DNA from: an uncultured Verrucomicrobiae bacterium
Lineage (GTDB): Bacteria; Verrucomicrobiota; Verrucomicrobiia; Limisphaerales; Palsa-1400
DNA length: 64,000 nucleotides
Assembly (NCBI GenBank): GCA_963702845.1
Contig: OY969763.1
Coordinates: 3,040,001 to 3,104,000, forward strand
Reading direction: 5' to 3'
In this document: piece after piece, positions 30,052 through 40,780 of the stretch
Numbering within the stretch: position 1 is the stretch's first letter
Layout: every line of letters begins with the position of its first letter
The notes under the pieces: generated by a model
Told to the model about the DNA's origin: nothing
Databases searched by the model: none
Seen by the model: only the letters and a program-made list of their open reading frames with translations
Program-made: the position numbers and the translations under genes

Positions 30052-31887
30052 ATGGTCGTTTCGAATCAGAAAAACGGTTTTACACTGAATGCATACCAGG
30101 GCGACGCCAAGACGCTGCTCGCATGGAACATGCCGAAGAACATCACTCAAAAACTTGCCGGCTTCAGCATCCAGTGTCAGCCCAAGGGCAAGTCGTCATA
30201 CTACCTCTTTAATACCTTAACCTTCGGCAAACCGGCCCAGCACGCGCAAGTGACTGGCGAATTGCCTCATTCCAGCGTCAACGCACCCTTTCAGAAATTC
30301 CGCTGGCTCCATGTCCCGGGCTCGTTCCATCAGGGCACCGATCCGGTTTATGGCAACTACACCTACACCGTTACACCTCGCTATTTTGGCGACAAAGAGA
30401 ACCTTTTGCCGCTCGATCCAAAATTGAGTGTTGCAGTGACGCTTGCCGTCACTCCCTTCGTCAAAGGCGGACTGCAACTCGGTTTTACCCGCGGCTTCAT
30501 CCAATCGCAAGGCTACGTCAACCACTTTGGGCCAAAAGCCGTCATCGAACCTGACGAACACGATCTGCTCTACGACACCTCAAAACCTGCCGGAAAAAAC
30601 AAAAAAGGCGAAAGCTTCACCTGGGCCGACGAATACGATTGGCTCGGCTTCACCGCTCGTAAACGCATTTTCGAAGTCCTCGATAACGTCCTCAAGAACA
30701 ACAAACTAACCATCGACGTCTTCGCCTACGACCTCAGCGAACCCGATATTTGCGCCCGCTTTCTCACCTTGGCCAAGCAAGGCCGCATTCGCATCATTCT
30801 CGACAATGCCTCGCTCCATCTATTCGACCCCGCGAAGAAAAACACCAAGGGCTATCCCAAAGCGCCCACTTCCGAAGACAACTTCGAGCAAGCTTTTCTC
30901 GCGCAAGCAAAAGATAGAACGGCAATCAAACGCGGCCGTTTCGCCCGTTTTGCCCACGACAAGGTCATCATCGTTAAAGAAGATAATATTCCCGTGCGCG
31001 TTTTAGCCGGTTCCACCAATTTCTCCATCACCGGTCTATACGTTAACTCCAATCACATTCTCATCTTCAACGACGCCAAAGTCGCGCAAAGCTACGGCGA
31101 CGTCTTCAACAAGTCCTGGGACCTGAACGTCAGCGCGACCTTCAAAAACACTCCCTTGGCAACCAAACCGGCGAGTTTCGATTCCAAAAGCACTCCAAAT
31201 ACCGAGATTACTTTCTCCCCGCACACGACGGCAGGAGCAACCAAAATCATCAATCAGGTCAGCGCACGCGTCAAAGCGGAGTCTGGTCGCGCCAACAGCA
31301 GCGTTCTCTTCGCAGTCATGGGTCTCTCCAGCGGCGGCGGCACCGTCCTCCCCGTCTTGCGCGATCTCCATAACGACCAAAAAACATTCAGCTACGGCAT
31401 CTCCGATGCACCCGGCGGTATCTGCCTCTACAGTCCCGGCAACAGTCGCGGCGTCATGGTTACAGGAAAGCCATCCAAGGAAAAACTCCCACCGCCCTTT
31501 AACCAGGTCCCATCGGTCGGCAGTCGCCACCAGATCCACCACAAATTCATCGTCTGCGGTTTCAATCGCCCGGATGCAACCGTCATCTGCGGCTCATCCA
31601 ACCTCACCACCGGCGGCGAAGGCGCTAACGGCGACAACCTCATCACCATCACCGATACCGACGTCGCCACTGCCTTCGCTATCGAAGCCGTGGCACTGGT
31701 CGATCACTTCGAATTCCTCGACCGCTTCGCCGAAGCCCCCAAGGCTGACAAAGTCAAACCGTCAGCAGACAAACAAAAGATGGCAGCCGACGCCGGTTGG
31801 AACTTAAAAACAACCGACATCTGGAGCACCAGCTTCTACGATCCAAACGACCTCCATTCCAAAGACCGAACCCTGTTCTGCGCCTAA
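30052..31887 (+). CDS. Phospholipase D superfamily protein with two variant HKD motifs
   Basis: HDKVIIV...GSTNFS and HHKFIV...GSSNLT; no signal peptide. Confidence 0.85.
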   Translation: MVVSNQKNGFTLNAYQGDAKTLLAWNMPKNITQKLAGFSIQCQPKGKSSYYLFNTLTFGKPAQHAQVTGELPHSSVNAPFQKFRWLHVPGSFHQGTDPVYGNYTYTVTPRYFGDKENLLPLDPKLSVAVTLAVTPFVKGGLQLGFTRGFIQSQGYVNHFGPKAVIEPDEHDLLYDTSKPAGKNKKGESFTWADEYDWLGFTARKRIFEVLDNVLKNNKLTIDVFAYDLSEPDICARFLTLAKQGRIRIILDNASLHLFDPAKKNTKGYPKAPTSEDNFEQAFLAQAKDRTAIKRGRFARFAHDKVIIVKEDNIPVRVLAGSTNFSITGLYVNSNHILIFNDAKVAQSYGDVFNKSWDLNVSATFKNTPLATKPASFDSKSTPNTEITFSPHTTAGATKIINQVSARVKAESGRANSSVLFAVMGLSSGGGTVLPVLRDLHNDQKTFSYGISDAPGGICLYSPGNSRGVMVTGKPSKEKLPPPFNQVPSVGSRHQIHHKFIVCGFNRPDATVICGSSNLTTGGEGANGDNLITITDTDVATAFAIEAVALVDHFEFLDRFAEAPKADKVKPSADKQKMAADAGWNLKTTDIWSTSFYDPNDLHSKDRTLFCA

Positions 31888-31913
31888 ACCGGCCAACACC
31901 GATACCGACTTTT

Positions 31914-32456
31914 ATGCAACCGACATCCAGTGACCCCGTCAATACAGTCATGCTGATTAGCGGGGCCATATTCCTTGTGACACTTGGCGTCTTGCTCGTC
32001 ATCATGGTCGTCGGCAAGCGCAAATTCACCCCGCTATTGCCCTTCTTTGCCTTCCCGATCGTTATGATCGGATTCCCACATATCACCCACGTCAAAATCG
32101 CCGGCGCGGAACTCGACACGGGCGACTTGGTTCAATCAAGTGAACAATTCAAGAAGGACCCCAACAACCCCGCTGCTGCCACCGCGTTCATTACCTCAAT
32201 CGCACAAGTGCAGTACGCTGAAAAGATTGCACCCGAAACGACGATGTCGCCCGAAACAAAATCCAACCTGAACGCGACTGTCAATGCGGTCAACCGCCGG
32301 AAGGACCTCACTCCAGAGGCACGCCTTGCCATCGTTCACGCCCAACTCTATTTGCGCGAGACCAACACAGCCTCCGTCACCCTCAATGCAGTCGTCAAAG
32401 AAAAGCCAAACATCAAAGCAGCCCTGGCCCCACGCCTGACACGCCTTTTGAACTAG
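31914..32456 (+). CDS. Hypothetical membrane protein (two N-terminal TM helices and a helical domain)
   Basis: ATG 31914; hydrophobic segments VMLISGAIFLVTLGVLLVIMVV and LLPFFAFPIVMIGF; 26 bp after the PLD stop. Confidence 0.7.
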   Translation: MQPTSSDPVNTVMLISGAIFLVTLGVLLVIMVVGKRKFTPLLPFFAFPIVMIGFPHITHVKIAGAELDTGDLVQSSEQFKKDPNNPAAATAFITSIAQVQYAEKIAPETTMSPETKSNLNATVNAVNRRKDLTPEARLAIVHAQLYLRETNTASVTLNAVVKEKPNIKAALAPRLTRLLN

Positions 32457-32624
32457 CCTCGGTTCAGCAGCCCAGCCCTGTCGGCGCATTGCCCAAATCA
32501 ATTAACCGCAGCAGCCGACGTTAGGAGGCTCTAACAGCCGATCAAGACCTTTTCGCGTGTTTTGTGTGTTTCGAGGTTAAACTTTTCCATCCCAGCTTCT
32601 AACTTCCAGCCATTTCTTCACCTG

Positions 32625-32652
32625 TTGACAGACCGTGACTTTCTGTTAAGCT
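32625..32652 (+). promoter_or_regulatory. Sigma-70-type promoter
   Basis: TTGACA (32625-32630), 16-bp spacer, extended -10 TGnTAAGCT (32644-32652). Confidence 0.55.
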
Positions 32653-32657
32653 TCTTC

Positions 32658-32720
32658 ACGTCTATCTAGGTAGGCGACGGGCGCTGGAAAATATTCCCCA
32701 GACCCGTTTTTCAGTTTTTT
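32658..32720 (+). ncRNA. Candidate small RNA or attenuated leader (two hairpins plus U tract)
   Basis: Hairpin CGTCTAT-ctag-GTAGGCG, then ACGGG..CTGG/CCAG..CCCGT stem followed by TTTTCAGTTTTTT, directly after the promoter. Confidence 0.4.
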
Positions 32721-32998
32721 GAAATATGAAATTTGCGATTTGAAATTTGAATTATGAACATCATGCCACCCGCCGCAGAAACGCGACCAAGCCGCGCCGA
32801 CGCGCTTCAAAAGCGGACCAATCCGCACCTAAATAAAAATCCGCGCCACATTTTAGCCCTATCCCAACCGTATTCTCGCCGTATCGAAAATGCGCCCAAC
32901 TACGTCGAAATACACCTAAATACACCTTTAGCGCTGACAAAAACATTGCAACCCGCGCCGTCGCCAATCATTTTCATCGGAAAGATTTACAAGCCAAC

Positions 32999-34576
32999 AT
33001 GTCACTCGAAATCAAATCCCCCATCCCATCGTCCGCGCAACACATCCTTAGCAACGACGCGATTCAGTTCATCGAAAAACTCGTCCGCGAATTCAGCCCG
33101 CGCCGCAAAGAACTCCTCGCCGCCCGCGTCGAACGCCAGAAACAACTCGACGCCGGTTTTCTCCCCGATTTCCTGCCGTCCACCAAACACATCCGCGACG
33201 ATCGCAGTTGGAAAGTCGCCTCCATCCCGAACGACCTTCAGGATCGCCGCACCGAAATCACCGGCCCGCTCGATCGCAAGATGATCATCAACGCTCTCAA
33301 CAGCGGCGCGAAAGTGTTCATGGCCGACAGCGAAGACGCCACCTCGCCGACTTGGGTGAACCAATTGCAAGGCCAGGTCAACCTCGCCGACGCCGTCCGT
33401 CGCAAAATCGATTTCGTAAGTCCAGAAGGCAAAAAATACGCGCTCAACGAAAAGATCGCGACCATGATGGTCCGCCCGCGCGGTTGGCATCTGCCCGAAA
33501 AGCACGTCCATTTCAACGGCGAGCCCATCTCCGGCAGCTTATTCGATTTCGGCCTCTACTTTTTCCATAACGCGCGCCATCTGCTCGAAAACGGTTCCGG
33601 CCCGTACTTCTACCTGCCGAAACTTGAAAGCCATCTCGAAGCCCGTCTTTGGAACGAAGTCTTCAACTTCGCGCAAGACCAACTCAAAATCCCACGCGGC
33701 AGCATTCGCGCCACCGTCCTGATCGAAACCATCGTCGGCGCATTCGAGACCGAAGAAATTCTCTACGAACTACGCGACCATTCCGCCGGCCTCAATTGCG
33801 GTCGTTGGGACTACATCTTCAGCTTCATCAAAAAGCTGCGCGCCCATCCTAAATTCATTTTGCCCGATCGCGCTCAAGTGACGATGACTGTTCCGTTCAT
33901 GCGCGCCTATTGCCTGCAAGTCATCCGCAACTGCCATCGTCGCGGCGCCCACGCTATGGGCGGAATGGCCGCGCAAATCCCGGTGAAGAACAATCCGCAA
34001 GCCAACGAAGAAGCGCTCGCCAAAGTTCTTGCCGACAAAGAACGCGAAGCCACCGACGGCCACGACGGCACCTGGGTTGCCCACCCTGCCCTCGTCCCGA
34101 TCGCACTTAAGGCCTTCGACAAACACATGCCGCAACCGAACCAGATCAGCAAACTGCGCGAAGACGTCAACGTCACCGCTGCTGACCTGCTCTCCGTTCC
34201 GAAAGGCACCGTCACCGAAGACGGCATTCGAGGAAACCTTCGCGTGGGAATTCAATATCTCGAAGCCTGGCTCGGCGGCCAAGGCTGCGTCCCGCTCTAC
34301 AATTTGATGGAAGACGCGGCCACCGCCGAAATCTCGCGGTCCCAAATTTGGCAATGGCTCCATTACAACGTCACGCTCGCCGATGGCCGCAATATGGATA
34401 GCGCTCTTTACGACCAGTTCCTCAAAGAAGAACTGGTCCGTATCGAAAAAGAAATCGGCAGTGAGCGATTCAAAAACGGCCACTTCGATCAAGCCGTGAA
34501 AATGTTCACTCAGTTATCGAAGAGCCAACAGCTCGAAGACTTTTTGACGCTGCCCGCCTACGAGCGTATTGATTAA
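32999..34576 (+). CDS. aceB: Malate synthase A
   Basis: [60 protein letters not shown]. Confidence 0.97.
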   Translation: MSLEIKSPIPSSAQHILSNDAIQFIEKLVREFSPRRKELLAARVERQKQLDAGFLPDFLPSTKHIRDDRSWKVASIPNDLQDRRTEITGPLDRKMIINALNSGAKVFMADSEDATSPTWVNQLQGQVNLADAVRRKIDFVSPEGKKYALNEKIATMMVRPRGWHLPEKHVHFNGEPISGSLFDFGLYFFHNARHLLENGSGPYFYLPKLESHLEARLWNEVFNFAQDQLKIPRGSIRATVLIETIVGAFETEEILYELRDHSAGLNCGRWDYIFSFIKKLRAHPKFILPDRAQVTMTVPFMRAYCLQVIRNCHRRGAHAMGGMAAQIPVKNNPQANEEALAKVLADKEREATDGHDGTWVAHPALVPIALKAFDKHMPQPNQISKLREDVNVTAADLLSVPKGTVTEDGIRGNLRVGIQYLEAWLGGQGCVPLYNLMEDAATAEISRSQIWQWLHYNVTLADGRNMDSALYDQFLKEELVRIEKEIGSERFKNGHFDQAVKMFTQLSKSQQLEDFLTLPAYERID

Positions 34577-34586
34577 GTGACTACGA

Positions 34587-37500
34587 TTGACAATGGACAA
34601 ACCGATAATGACACCGGTGCCGGGCGAGCGCATGTTGCGCTTCGTCGGCGACCGCGTGCGCTTCAGTTTACGGTTGCCGCACGGTTTCCCAACCAACGGC
34701 CGCGCCCTCCTGCGTACCAATCTCGGCAAAGCTGATCGCACACGTCAGGAAATCATCAACACGCATGCGGGCAAAAATCCCATGTCCGTTGCTTTCTGGC
34801 GCGACATCCCACTGCAGCCACAAACCAATGGCGAGTGGGCCATAGAACTTCCGTTAACCGATGTCGGCTTTTTCCGCGCCAAGGCCTATCTCATCGACAA
34901 CCGCGGCATGCAAATTTGGCCGGACGGTCCCGATGCTGGTATCTCCGTCCATCCCGACATCTACCGGACGAACAATACGATTTATTGCGCGTTCGTCCGC
35001 ATGTTCGGCGAGAGCAAGACTGCGCGAAAAACAATCGACGAAACCCGCGACAAAGAATTGGCAAAGCTCGATGCGCAAGGCTACAGCGTCATTCCACCTT
35101 CTGGAAAACTGCGCGATGTCATCCGCGAACTACCGCACATCGTCGACAAACTCGGTTGCCGTATCCTCCATCTATTGCCGATCAATCCGACTCCGACAGT
35201 CTTCGCACGCATGGGCCGTTTCGGCAGTCCATACGCTTGTTTGGATTTGACGGCCATTGATCCCGAGTTGGTCGAGTTTGACGAACGCACCACCGGCATC
35301 GAACAATTTTGCGAACTCACCACTGCCGCGCACCGTCGCGGAGCGCGAGTCATTCTGGATTTCGTCATTAACCACACCGGCTGGGGCTCGACACTTTACG
35401 AAAATCATCCCGAATGGTTTTTACGCGAACCGGACGGTCGTTTTGCCAGTCCTGGCGCGTGGGGCGTCAAATGGGGCGACCTTGTCGAACTGGATCCAAA
35501 CCATGTCGAACTTTGGGACGTCCTCGCCGAAGCATTTCTGACCTGGTGCCGTCGCGGCGTTGACGGATTCCGCTGCGATGCCGGTTACAAAGTTCCCGTC
35601 CAAGTCTGGCAATATATAGAAGCGCGCGTGCGGCAGGAATATCCCGACACGTTGTTCCTGCTCGAAGGTTTGGGCGGGCCACTCGAATCGACGGAAAACC
35701 TGCTGACCAACGGCGGCATGCAGTGGGCCTACTCGGAACTGTTCCAAAACTATTCGCCTCAGGAAGTCGCGCATTACCTCGATTACAGCTTGCGCCAAAG
35801 CGAACGTGTCGGTGTTTACGTTCACTACAGCGAAACGCACGACAACAATCGCCTCGCCGCCGGTGGCGCTAAATGGTCTTTAATGCGCAATCGGCTTTCT
35901 GCCCTCGCGAGTGTCGCCGGTGGTTTTGGTTTTACGTGCGGCGTAGAATGGCTGGCCGACGAAAAGATCAATGTGCATTCCAGCCGCGGCATGTCGTGGG
36001 GCAGTGAAACGAATATCATCGACCAACTCGCCAACATCAATCGGTTGCTCGCTGAACATCCGTGCTTTTTCGACGGCGCACGCATCGAAAGAATCAGCGA
36101 CGAGACCTCTCCTGTTTTGGCACTGCGCCGCGATTCCGGCGAAGGGCTTGATCACGTTCTCGTGCTGGTCAACACCGACGCCAAACAAACTCACTCCGTC
36201 AAATTGGACGCAGCGGTTTTTCAAGAGCTCGGTTCGCCACGATTCGATTTACTTGGCCAAAAGACGCCGCTCATGGACTCGGGTGAAAAAGCCGTAACGA
36301 TTACCGTTAATGCCGGTGAAGCTTACTGCTTGTCGGCAACACGGACGCCTATCGGATTTAGCGGAAACGATTATCGCAAGACCAAGTCACAAGCGGCCTG
36401 GGCCATCAGTGCGTTGAGCAAAGTTTTACTGCCCGAAGATATCGGGCCTGACTCGTGGCGCGAACTGGCTCAACGCGTCGCCACAAACCCACGCGAATTT
36501 CTTGGATCAATTCATCATATTGACCGCCTGCATTCCCGCCGCGATCTCCTCGGCGCGCTCGACGCCGCGAAGGGGAAGTTTCCCGAAGTCGTCACGTGGA
36601 GCATGATCGATTCGCGGCGCATCACGCCAGTCCCGCCGAATCACTGGTTGCTGATCAAAGACTCGCGGCCATTTCGAGCAACGTTGAAGACTGCCGGCAC
36701 TGCCCGCCAGGAACACATCGAGTCAATTGAAGCGGGCAACGGTCACATTGCATTTTTCGCGCCGAGGAAGCTGAACGAATCCACGGATGCCGATCTTCAA
36801 TTGGAACGCTATGCGCTGACAACCGAACGAGTTTCTGGAACGGTGCGCTTTCTGGGGCTGCAACCCGTGGTGTCGTCGATAGTCCACAACGTGCCGGAAG
36901 ACGCGATGGTCTTACTGACGAATGGACGCGGTGGCATGGCGCGACTGTGTGTTGACCTTGGCAGGATTCGTTCGAAATACGATTGTGCACTCGCTGCGAA
37001 TCTCCACCCTGAGTTCCCGGTCGATCGCCACGTTTTCGCTAAACGTCTTCGCGTCTGGGTAAATGCGAATGGTTTTATCACAGCGTTGAATTCGCTCAAC
37101 ATGGTGAGCCTCGAAATCGGACCACCGGCCGTTTGGACTTTTTCGGCGGATGCGGGTGACGGGCGAACCGTCGAGATTCAGCTAACCGCCGATATGCTGG
37201 ACGACTACAACACGACCGTGTTCCGATTCGTTCGCCCGGCGGGTCAACCGACGGAACTTCCCGCGGAGTTTGACGTGCGTCTCACTGTGCGAGTGGATAT
37301 TGAAGACAGAAGTTTCCATTGGGAAACACGTCGCAATCCGGAATCTGAAAATCATTTCGCAACGAACTGTCACACGCTGGATGAACTCAGGGGTTTTGTG
37401 TTCACTCCGGACCAGACACGTCAACTGCGTGTCGTTGCGACCTCCGGCGTCTATCATCCTGAACCTGAATGGACCGAGCGCGTTCCTCATCCGGTGGAAG

Positions 37501-38909
37501 CTTCGCGCGGCCAAACAGGCGAAGGCGACGCGTATAGCCCGGGCTGGTTCGAGTTACCGTTGGCTCGCGGTCACAATGTTTCGGTGGTGCTTTCAGCTGA
37601 CATTCCACCCGCGAGCTTTGACCTGGTGGACGAAGTCTTCCCCGCACGACGAGTCACTAACAAACTCGCTCTCGAACGAGCTAAGTTGCTCGAGAGTGAC
37701 GCATTCGGCCGCCGCCTCGCGTTGGCAGCGCGCGCGTTCATCGTTCAACGCGGCGCCGGCGACACCGTCATTGCGGGATATCCTTGGTTCCTCGATTGGG
37801 GCCGCGACACCTTTATCAGCGCGCGCGGTATGCTCGCCGCAGGAATGGTCGCGGACGTCGCGGAGTTGCTCGTGGTGTTCGGCAAGTTCGAAGCAAACGG
37901 CACGATGCCGAATACGATCAATGGTGACAACGCATCGAACCGCGACACGTCCGATGCTCCGCTGTGGTATGGCGTGCTCTGCGAGGAAACTGCCGAGCAG
38001 ATGAATGAAAATCTGTACACGATTACTGTAGATTCACGCGGACGTCGGATCGTCGACGTGTTGCGCGATATCGCGGTCAATTACGCACGCGGAACTCCGA
38101 ACGGAATCCGCATGGATCCCGAATCAGGCCTCATATGGAGTCCCGCACATTTCACGTGGATGGACACCAATTATCCGGCATGCACACCGCGCGAAGGTTA
38201 CCCAATTGAAATTCAAGTGCTCTGGATTCGGCTGCTGCGCCTTTTGGAAGAACTAAACGCCGCGCCCCCGGGCGAACTATGGAGCGAGTTGGCCAATCGC
38301 GCTGAAGCTTCGCTGAAGAAATATTTCTGGCTCGATAAGGAAGGTTACATCTGCGACGTCCTGATCGCGCGCGCCGGTCAATCCGCATCGCAAGCAATCC
38401 CTGATAACGCACTGCGCGGCAATTTTCTGTTGGCGGTTGCGTTTGGATTCTTCACTGGTGAGCACGCACGTCGTGCCGTCGATGCGGCGGTCCGATATTT
38501 GATTGTGCCCGGCGGGTTACGCTCGCTTGCTCCCCTGCCCGTCTCGCCACCGCTCAACGTTGTTGGCAATAATGGCCAGCCCGTACTCAATCCGAACGAA
38601 CCGTACTCCGGCCGTTACGAAGGCGACGAAGACACACGTCGCAAACCTGCATATCACAACGGCACCGCGTGGACGTGGACATTACCGCTGCTTTGCGAAG
38701 CTCTGGTGAAGGCCTGGGATAATTCTCCAACGGCAGTCGCCGCTGCAAAAGCTTACCTCGCGAGCATGGACCACCTGCTGATGAGTGGCTGCCTCGGTCA
38801 GATTCCTGAAATTCTCGACGGCGACACACCGCACGCCGAACGCGGCTGCGACGCGCAGGCATGGGGCGTCCTGGAGGCACTGCGTGTTTGGAAACAACTC
38901 AACAGCTAA
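34587..38909 (+). CDS. Bifunctional glycogen debranching enzyme (GH13 domain plus amylo-alpha-1,6-glucosidase domain)
   Basis: DFVINHT, DGFRCDAG and ETHD GH13 regions; C-terminal AGYPWFLDWGRDTFIS, TWMD, YHNGTAWTW and AQAW. Confidence 0.88.
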   Translation: MTMDKPIMTPVPGERMLRFVGDRVRFSLRLPHGFPTNGRALLRTNLGKADRTRQEIINTHAGKNPMSVAFWRDIPLQPQTNGEWAIELPLTDVGFFRAKAYLIDNRGMQIWPDGPDAGISVHPDIYRTNNTIYCAFVRMFGESKTARKTIDETRDKELAKLDAQGYSVIPPSGKLRDVIRELPHIVDKLGCRILHLLPINPTPTVFARMGRFGSPYACLDLTAIDPELVEFDERTTGIEQFCELTTAAHRRGARVILDFVINHTGWGSTLYENHPEWFLREPDGRFASPGAWGVKWGDLVELDPNHVELWDVLAEAFLTWCRRGVDGFRCDAGYKVPVQVWQYIEARVRQEYPDTLFLLEGLGGPLESTENLLTNGGMQWAYSELFQNYSPQEVAHYLDYSLRQSERVGVYVHYSETHDNNRLAAGGAKWSLMRNRLSALASVAGGFGFTCGVEWLADEKINVHSSRGMSWGSETNIIDQLANINRLLAEHPCFFDGARIERISDETSPVLALRRDSGEGLDHVLVLVNTDAKQTHSVKLDAAVFQELGSPRFDLLGQKTPLMDSGEKAVTITVNAGEAYCLSATRTPIGFSGNDYRKTKSQAAWAISALSKVLLPEDIGPDSWRELAQRVATNPREFLGSIHHIDRLHSRRDLLGALDAAKGKFPEVVTWSMIDSRRITPVPPNHWLLIKDSRPFRATLKTAGTARQEHIESIEAGNGHIAFFAPRKLNESTDADLQLERYALTTERVSGTVRFLGLQPVVSSIVHNVPEDAMVLLTNGRGGMARLCVDLGRIRSKYDCALAANLHPEFPVDRHVFAKRLRVWVNANGFITALNSLNMVSLEIGPPAVWTFSADAGDGRTVEIQLTADMLDDYNTTVFRFVRPAGQPTELPAEFDVRLTVRVDIEDRSFHWETRRNPESENHFATNCHTLDELRGFVFTPDQTRQLRVVATSGVYHPEPEWTERVPHPVEASRGQTGEGDAYSPGWFELPLARGHNVSVVLSADIPPASFDLVDEVFPARRVTNKLALERAKLLESDAFGRRLALAARAFIVQRGAGDTVIAGYPWFLDWGRDTFISARGMLAAGMVADVAELLVVFGKFEANGTMPNTINGDNASNRDTSDAPLWYGVLCEETAEQMNENLYTITVDSRGRRIVDVLRDIAVNYARGTPNGIRMDPESGLIWSPAHFTWMDTNYPACTPREGYPIEIQVLWIRLLRLLEELNAAPPGELWSELANRAEASLKKYFWLDKEGYICDVLIARAGQSASQAIPDNALRGNFLLAVAFGFFTGEHARRAVDAAVRYLIVPGGLRSLAPLPVSPPLNVVGNNGQPVLNPNEPYSGRYEGDEDTRRKPAYHNGTAWTWTLPLLCEALVKAWDNSPTAVAAAKAYLASMDHLLMSGCLGQIPEILDGDTPHAERGCDAQAWGVLEALRVWKQLNS

Positions 38910-38921
38910 ATCGGAACTGAA

Positions 38922-40301
38922 ATGGATTTCATTCCCACAGAGCTGGAAACGATTTTCAGGGACACACCTGAACTGCAACACGCCTACCTCGTCGGCGGTT
39001 GTGTTCGCGATGGGTTGCTTGGAAATGTCGGTAAAGATTTCGATGTCGAAGTTTTCGGAGTCACTTACGAGCAATTGGCCCAGGCACTCTCGCGCTGGGG
39101 TCGGACCGATCTGGTTGGCCGTTCTTTCGGTGTCGTCAAATTGACTACCGGCGGCAATCACACCTACGACTTCACCATTCCACGCCGTGATTCCAAAGTC
39201 GCGCCCGGCCACAAGGGTTTCACCATCGAGTTCGACACTAACATTAGTTTGCGCGATGCCGCTGCGCGGCGCGATTTCACGATCAACTCGATCATGTACA
39301 ACCCGCGCTCGCGTGAGCTGTTGGATTTTTTCGGCGGCAAAGCGGATTTGGAAAAGCGTGTCCTACGGCACACCAGCGACGCGTTTGGTGAAGATCCGTT
39401 GCGCGTTCTTCGCGGCATGCAGTTCGTGGCGCGGTTCAATCTCGAACCAGCCGCTGAAACATTAACGCTGGCGCGCGCAATTTCTCATCACCACGGCCAA
39501 CTCGCTCCGGAACGCGTTCGCGAAGAGTGGTTCAAGTGGGCCGCCAAAAGCACCAGCCCTTCGGCTGGCTTGAGATTTCTCGTCGCGACTGACTGGATTG
39601 ATCATTACCCCGAACTCAAAGCCTGCATCACTACGCCTCAGGAACCGGCTTGGCATCCTGAAGGCGACGTTTTCGTGCATACCTGTCATTGCTGCGATGC
39701 ACTGGCCGAATTGCCACAGTGGCAACAAGAAGACGAACAGTCACGAATCGCGCACATGCTCGCGATTTTGGCTCACGATTTCGGCAAACCGCAAACAACG
39801 CGCCGTGAAATGAAAGATGGCGTCATGCGCATCACTTCGCCAGGCCATGACGAAATCGGCGCTGATCTCGCGAAATCATTCATGGATCGCATCAATGTGC
39901 CGCTCGCGATTCAGCAACGCGTCGTCCCGCTCGTGCGCAGTCATCTTTTTCACTTCAACACCATTACCGATCGCGGCGTGAGACGTTTAGCAAAGCGTCT
40001 CGAACCGGAGAACATTGAGTCGCTCGCGCTGATTATGACGGCGGACAGTTTGGGACGACCACCGCGTCCACCACAGGTGCCGGAGCATGTAACCGAGTTG
40101 TTGGAAAAAGCGCATGAATTACAGGTTCGCAAACAACCAGCACCACCGATCCTGATGGGACGACATTTGATTGAATTGGGAATGCAACCAGGTTCAAAAT
40201 TTGGGGAGATTCTCCACGCCGGTTACGAGGCGCAGCTGGAAGGAACGTTTTTTGATTTACCGGGAGCCTTGGAATGGCTGAAAACGTATCGCGCCACGTA
40301 G
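38922..40301 (+). CDS. cca: CCA tRNA nucleotidyltransferase / poly(A) polymerase family protein with HD domain
   Basis: LVGGCVRD, DFDVE, RRDFTINS, EDPLRVLR, ERVREE, HPEGDVFVHT, LAHDFGK. Confidence 0.88.
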   Translation: MDFIPTELETIFRDTPELQHAYLVGGCVRDGLLGNVGKDFDVEVFGVTYEQLAQALSRWGRTDLVGRSFGVVKLTTGGNHTYDFTIPRRDSKVAPGHKGFTIEFDTNISLRDAAARRDFTINSIMYNPRSRELLDFFGGKADLEKRVLRHTSDAFGEDPLRVLRGMQFVARFNLEPAAETLTLARAISHHHGQLAPERVREEWFKWAAKSTSPSAGLRFLVATDWIDHYPELKACITTPQEPAWHPEGDVFVHTCHCCDALAELPQWQQEDEQSRIAHMLAILAHDFGKPQTTRREMKDGVMRITSPGHDEIGADLAKSFMDRINVPLAIQQRVVPLVRSHLFHFNTITDRGVRRLAKRLEPENIESLALIMTADSLGRPPRPPQVPEHVTELLEKAHELQVRKQPAPPILMGRHLIELGMQPGSKFGEILHAGYEAQLEGTFFDLPGALEWLKTYRAT

Positions 40302-40324
40302 GATTTGAGATCGGCAAATCGCCA

Positions 40325-40780
40325 TCAGCTCAGCATGCGTTCGTAAATCTGATAATCGCTCCGCTTCATCCCGAGCCATTCGTAGGCCTTTTGCGCAGTC
40401 GCGTTGTCACCCTCAACATAGAGGCGAACACCGCAGACATTTCCTGCCTTTTTGGCTTCAGTCACGACGTGCGCGTAAAGCGATTTGAAAACTCCCTTGC
40501 CGCGCGCGGACTTATCCACGTAGACACTTTGCAACCACCAGAAGTTGCGGTTGCGCCAGTCGCTCCACTCATACGTGATCAGCACCTGGCCGACGAGGTC
40601 TTCACCGAGTTCCGCAACAAAATAAGTCCCTTTGGCTGGATCGCGGACCAAAGCTTCGACACCGGCGCGAACGGTTGCCGGATCGAGGCGAATGTCTTCA
40701 GTCTCATGAGCCAGGAACGCATTGAAATCGGCAATGATTTCAACGTCCCGCAGTTCAGCTTTTCGGATAATGGTATTGAT
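40325..40780 (-). CDS. GNAT family N-acetyltransferase
   Basis: TYEWSDWRN..FWWLQSVYV...RGKGVF, RLYVE..N..AQ..Y. The frame extends upstream of the track ORF to (I)NTIIRKAELRD, beginning at ATC 40780. Confidence 0.85.
   Translation of the reverse strand: MNTIIRKAELRDVEIIADFNAFLAHETEDIRLDPATVRAGVEALVRDPAKGTYFVAELGEDLVGQVLITYEWSDWRNRNFWWLQSVYVDKSARGKGVFKSLYAHVVTEAKKAGNVCGVRLYVEGDNATAQKAYEWLGMKRSDYQIYERMLS

Noticed and set aside
32754..33284. 176-aa ORF upstream of and overlapping aceB
   Set aside because: It overlaps aceB out of frame, runs through repeat and promoter sequence, and has no recognisable motif.
11000..40000. Apparent change from C-rich to more G-rich plus strand, as a possible replication origin or terminus
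   Set aside because: By eye the skew varies gene by gene and I found no dnaA-box cluster or dif-like site; a cumulative skew calculation on the full contig would be needed.
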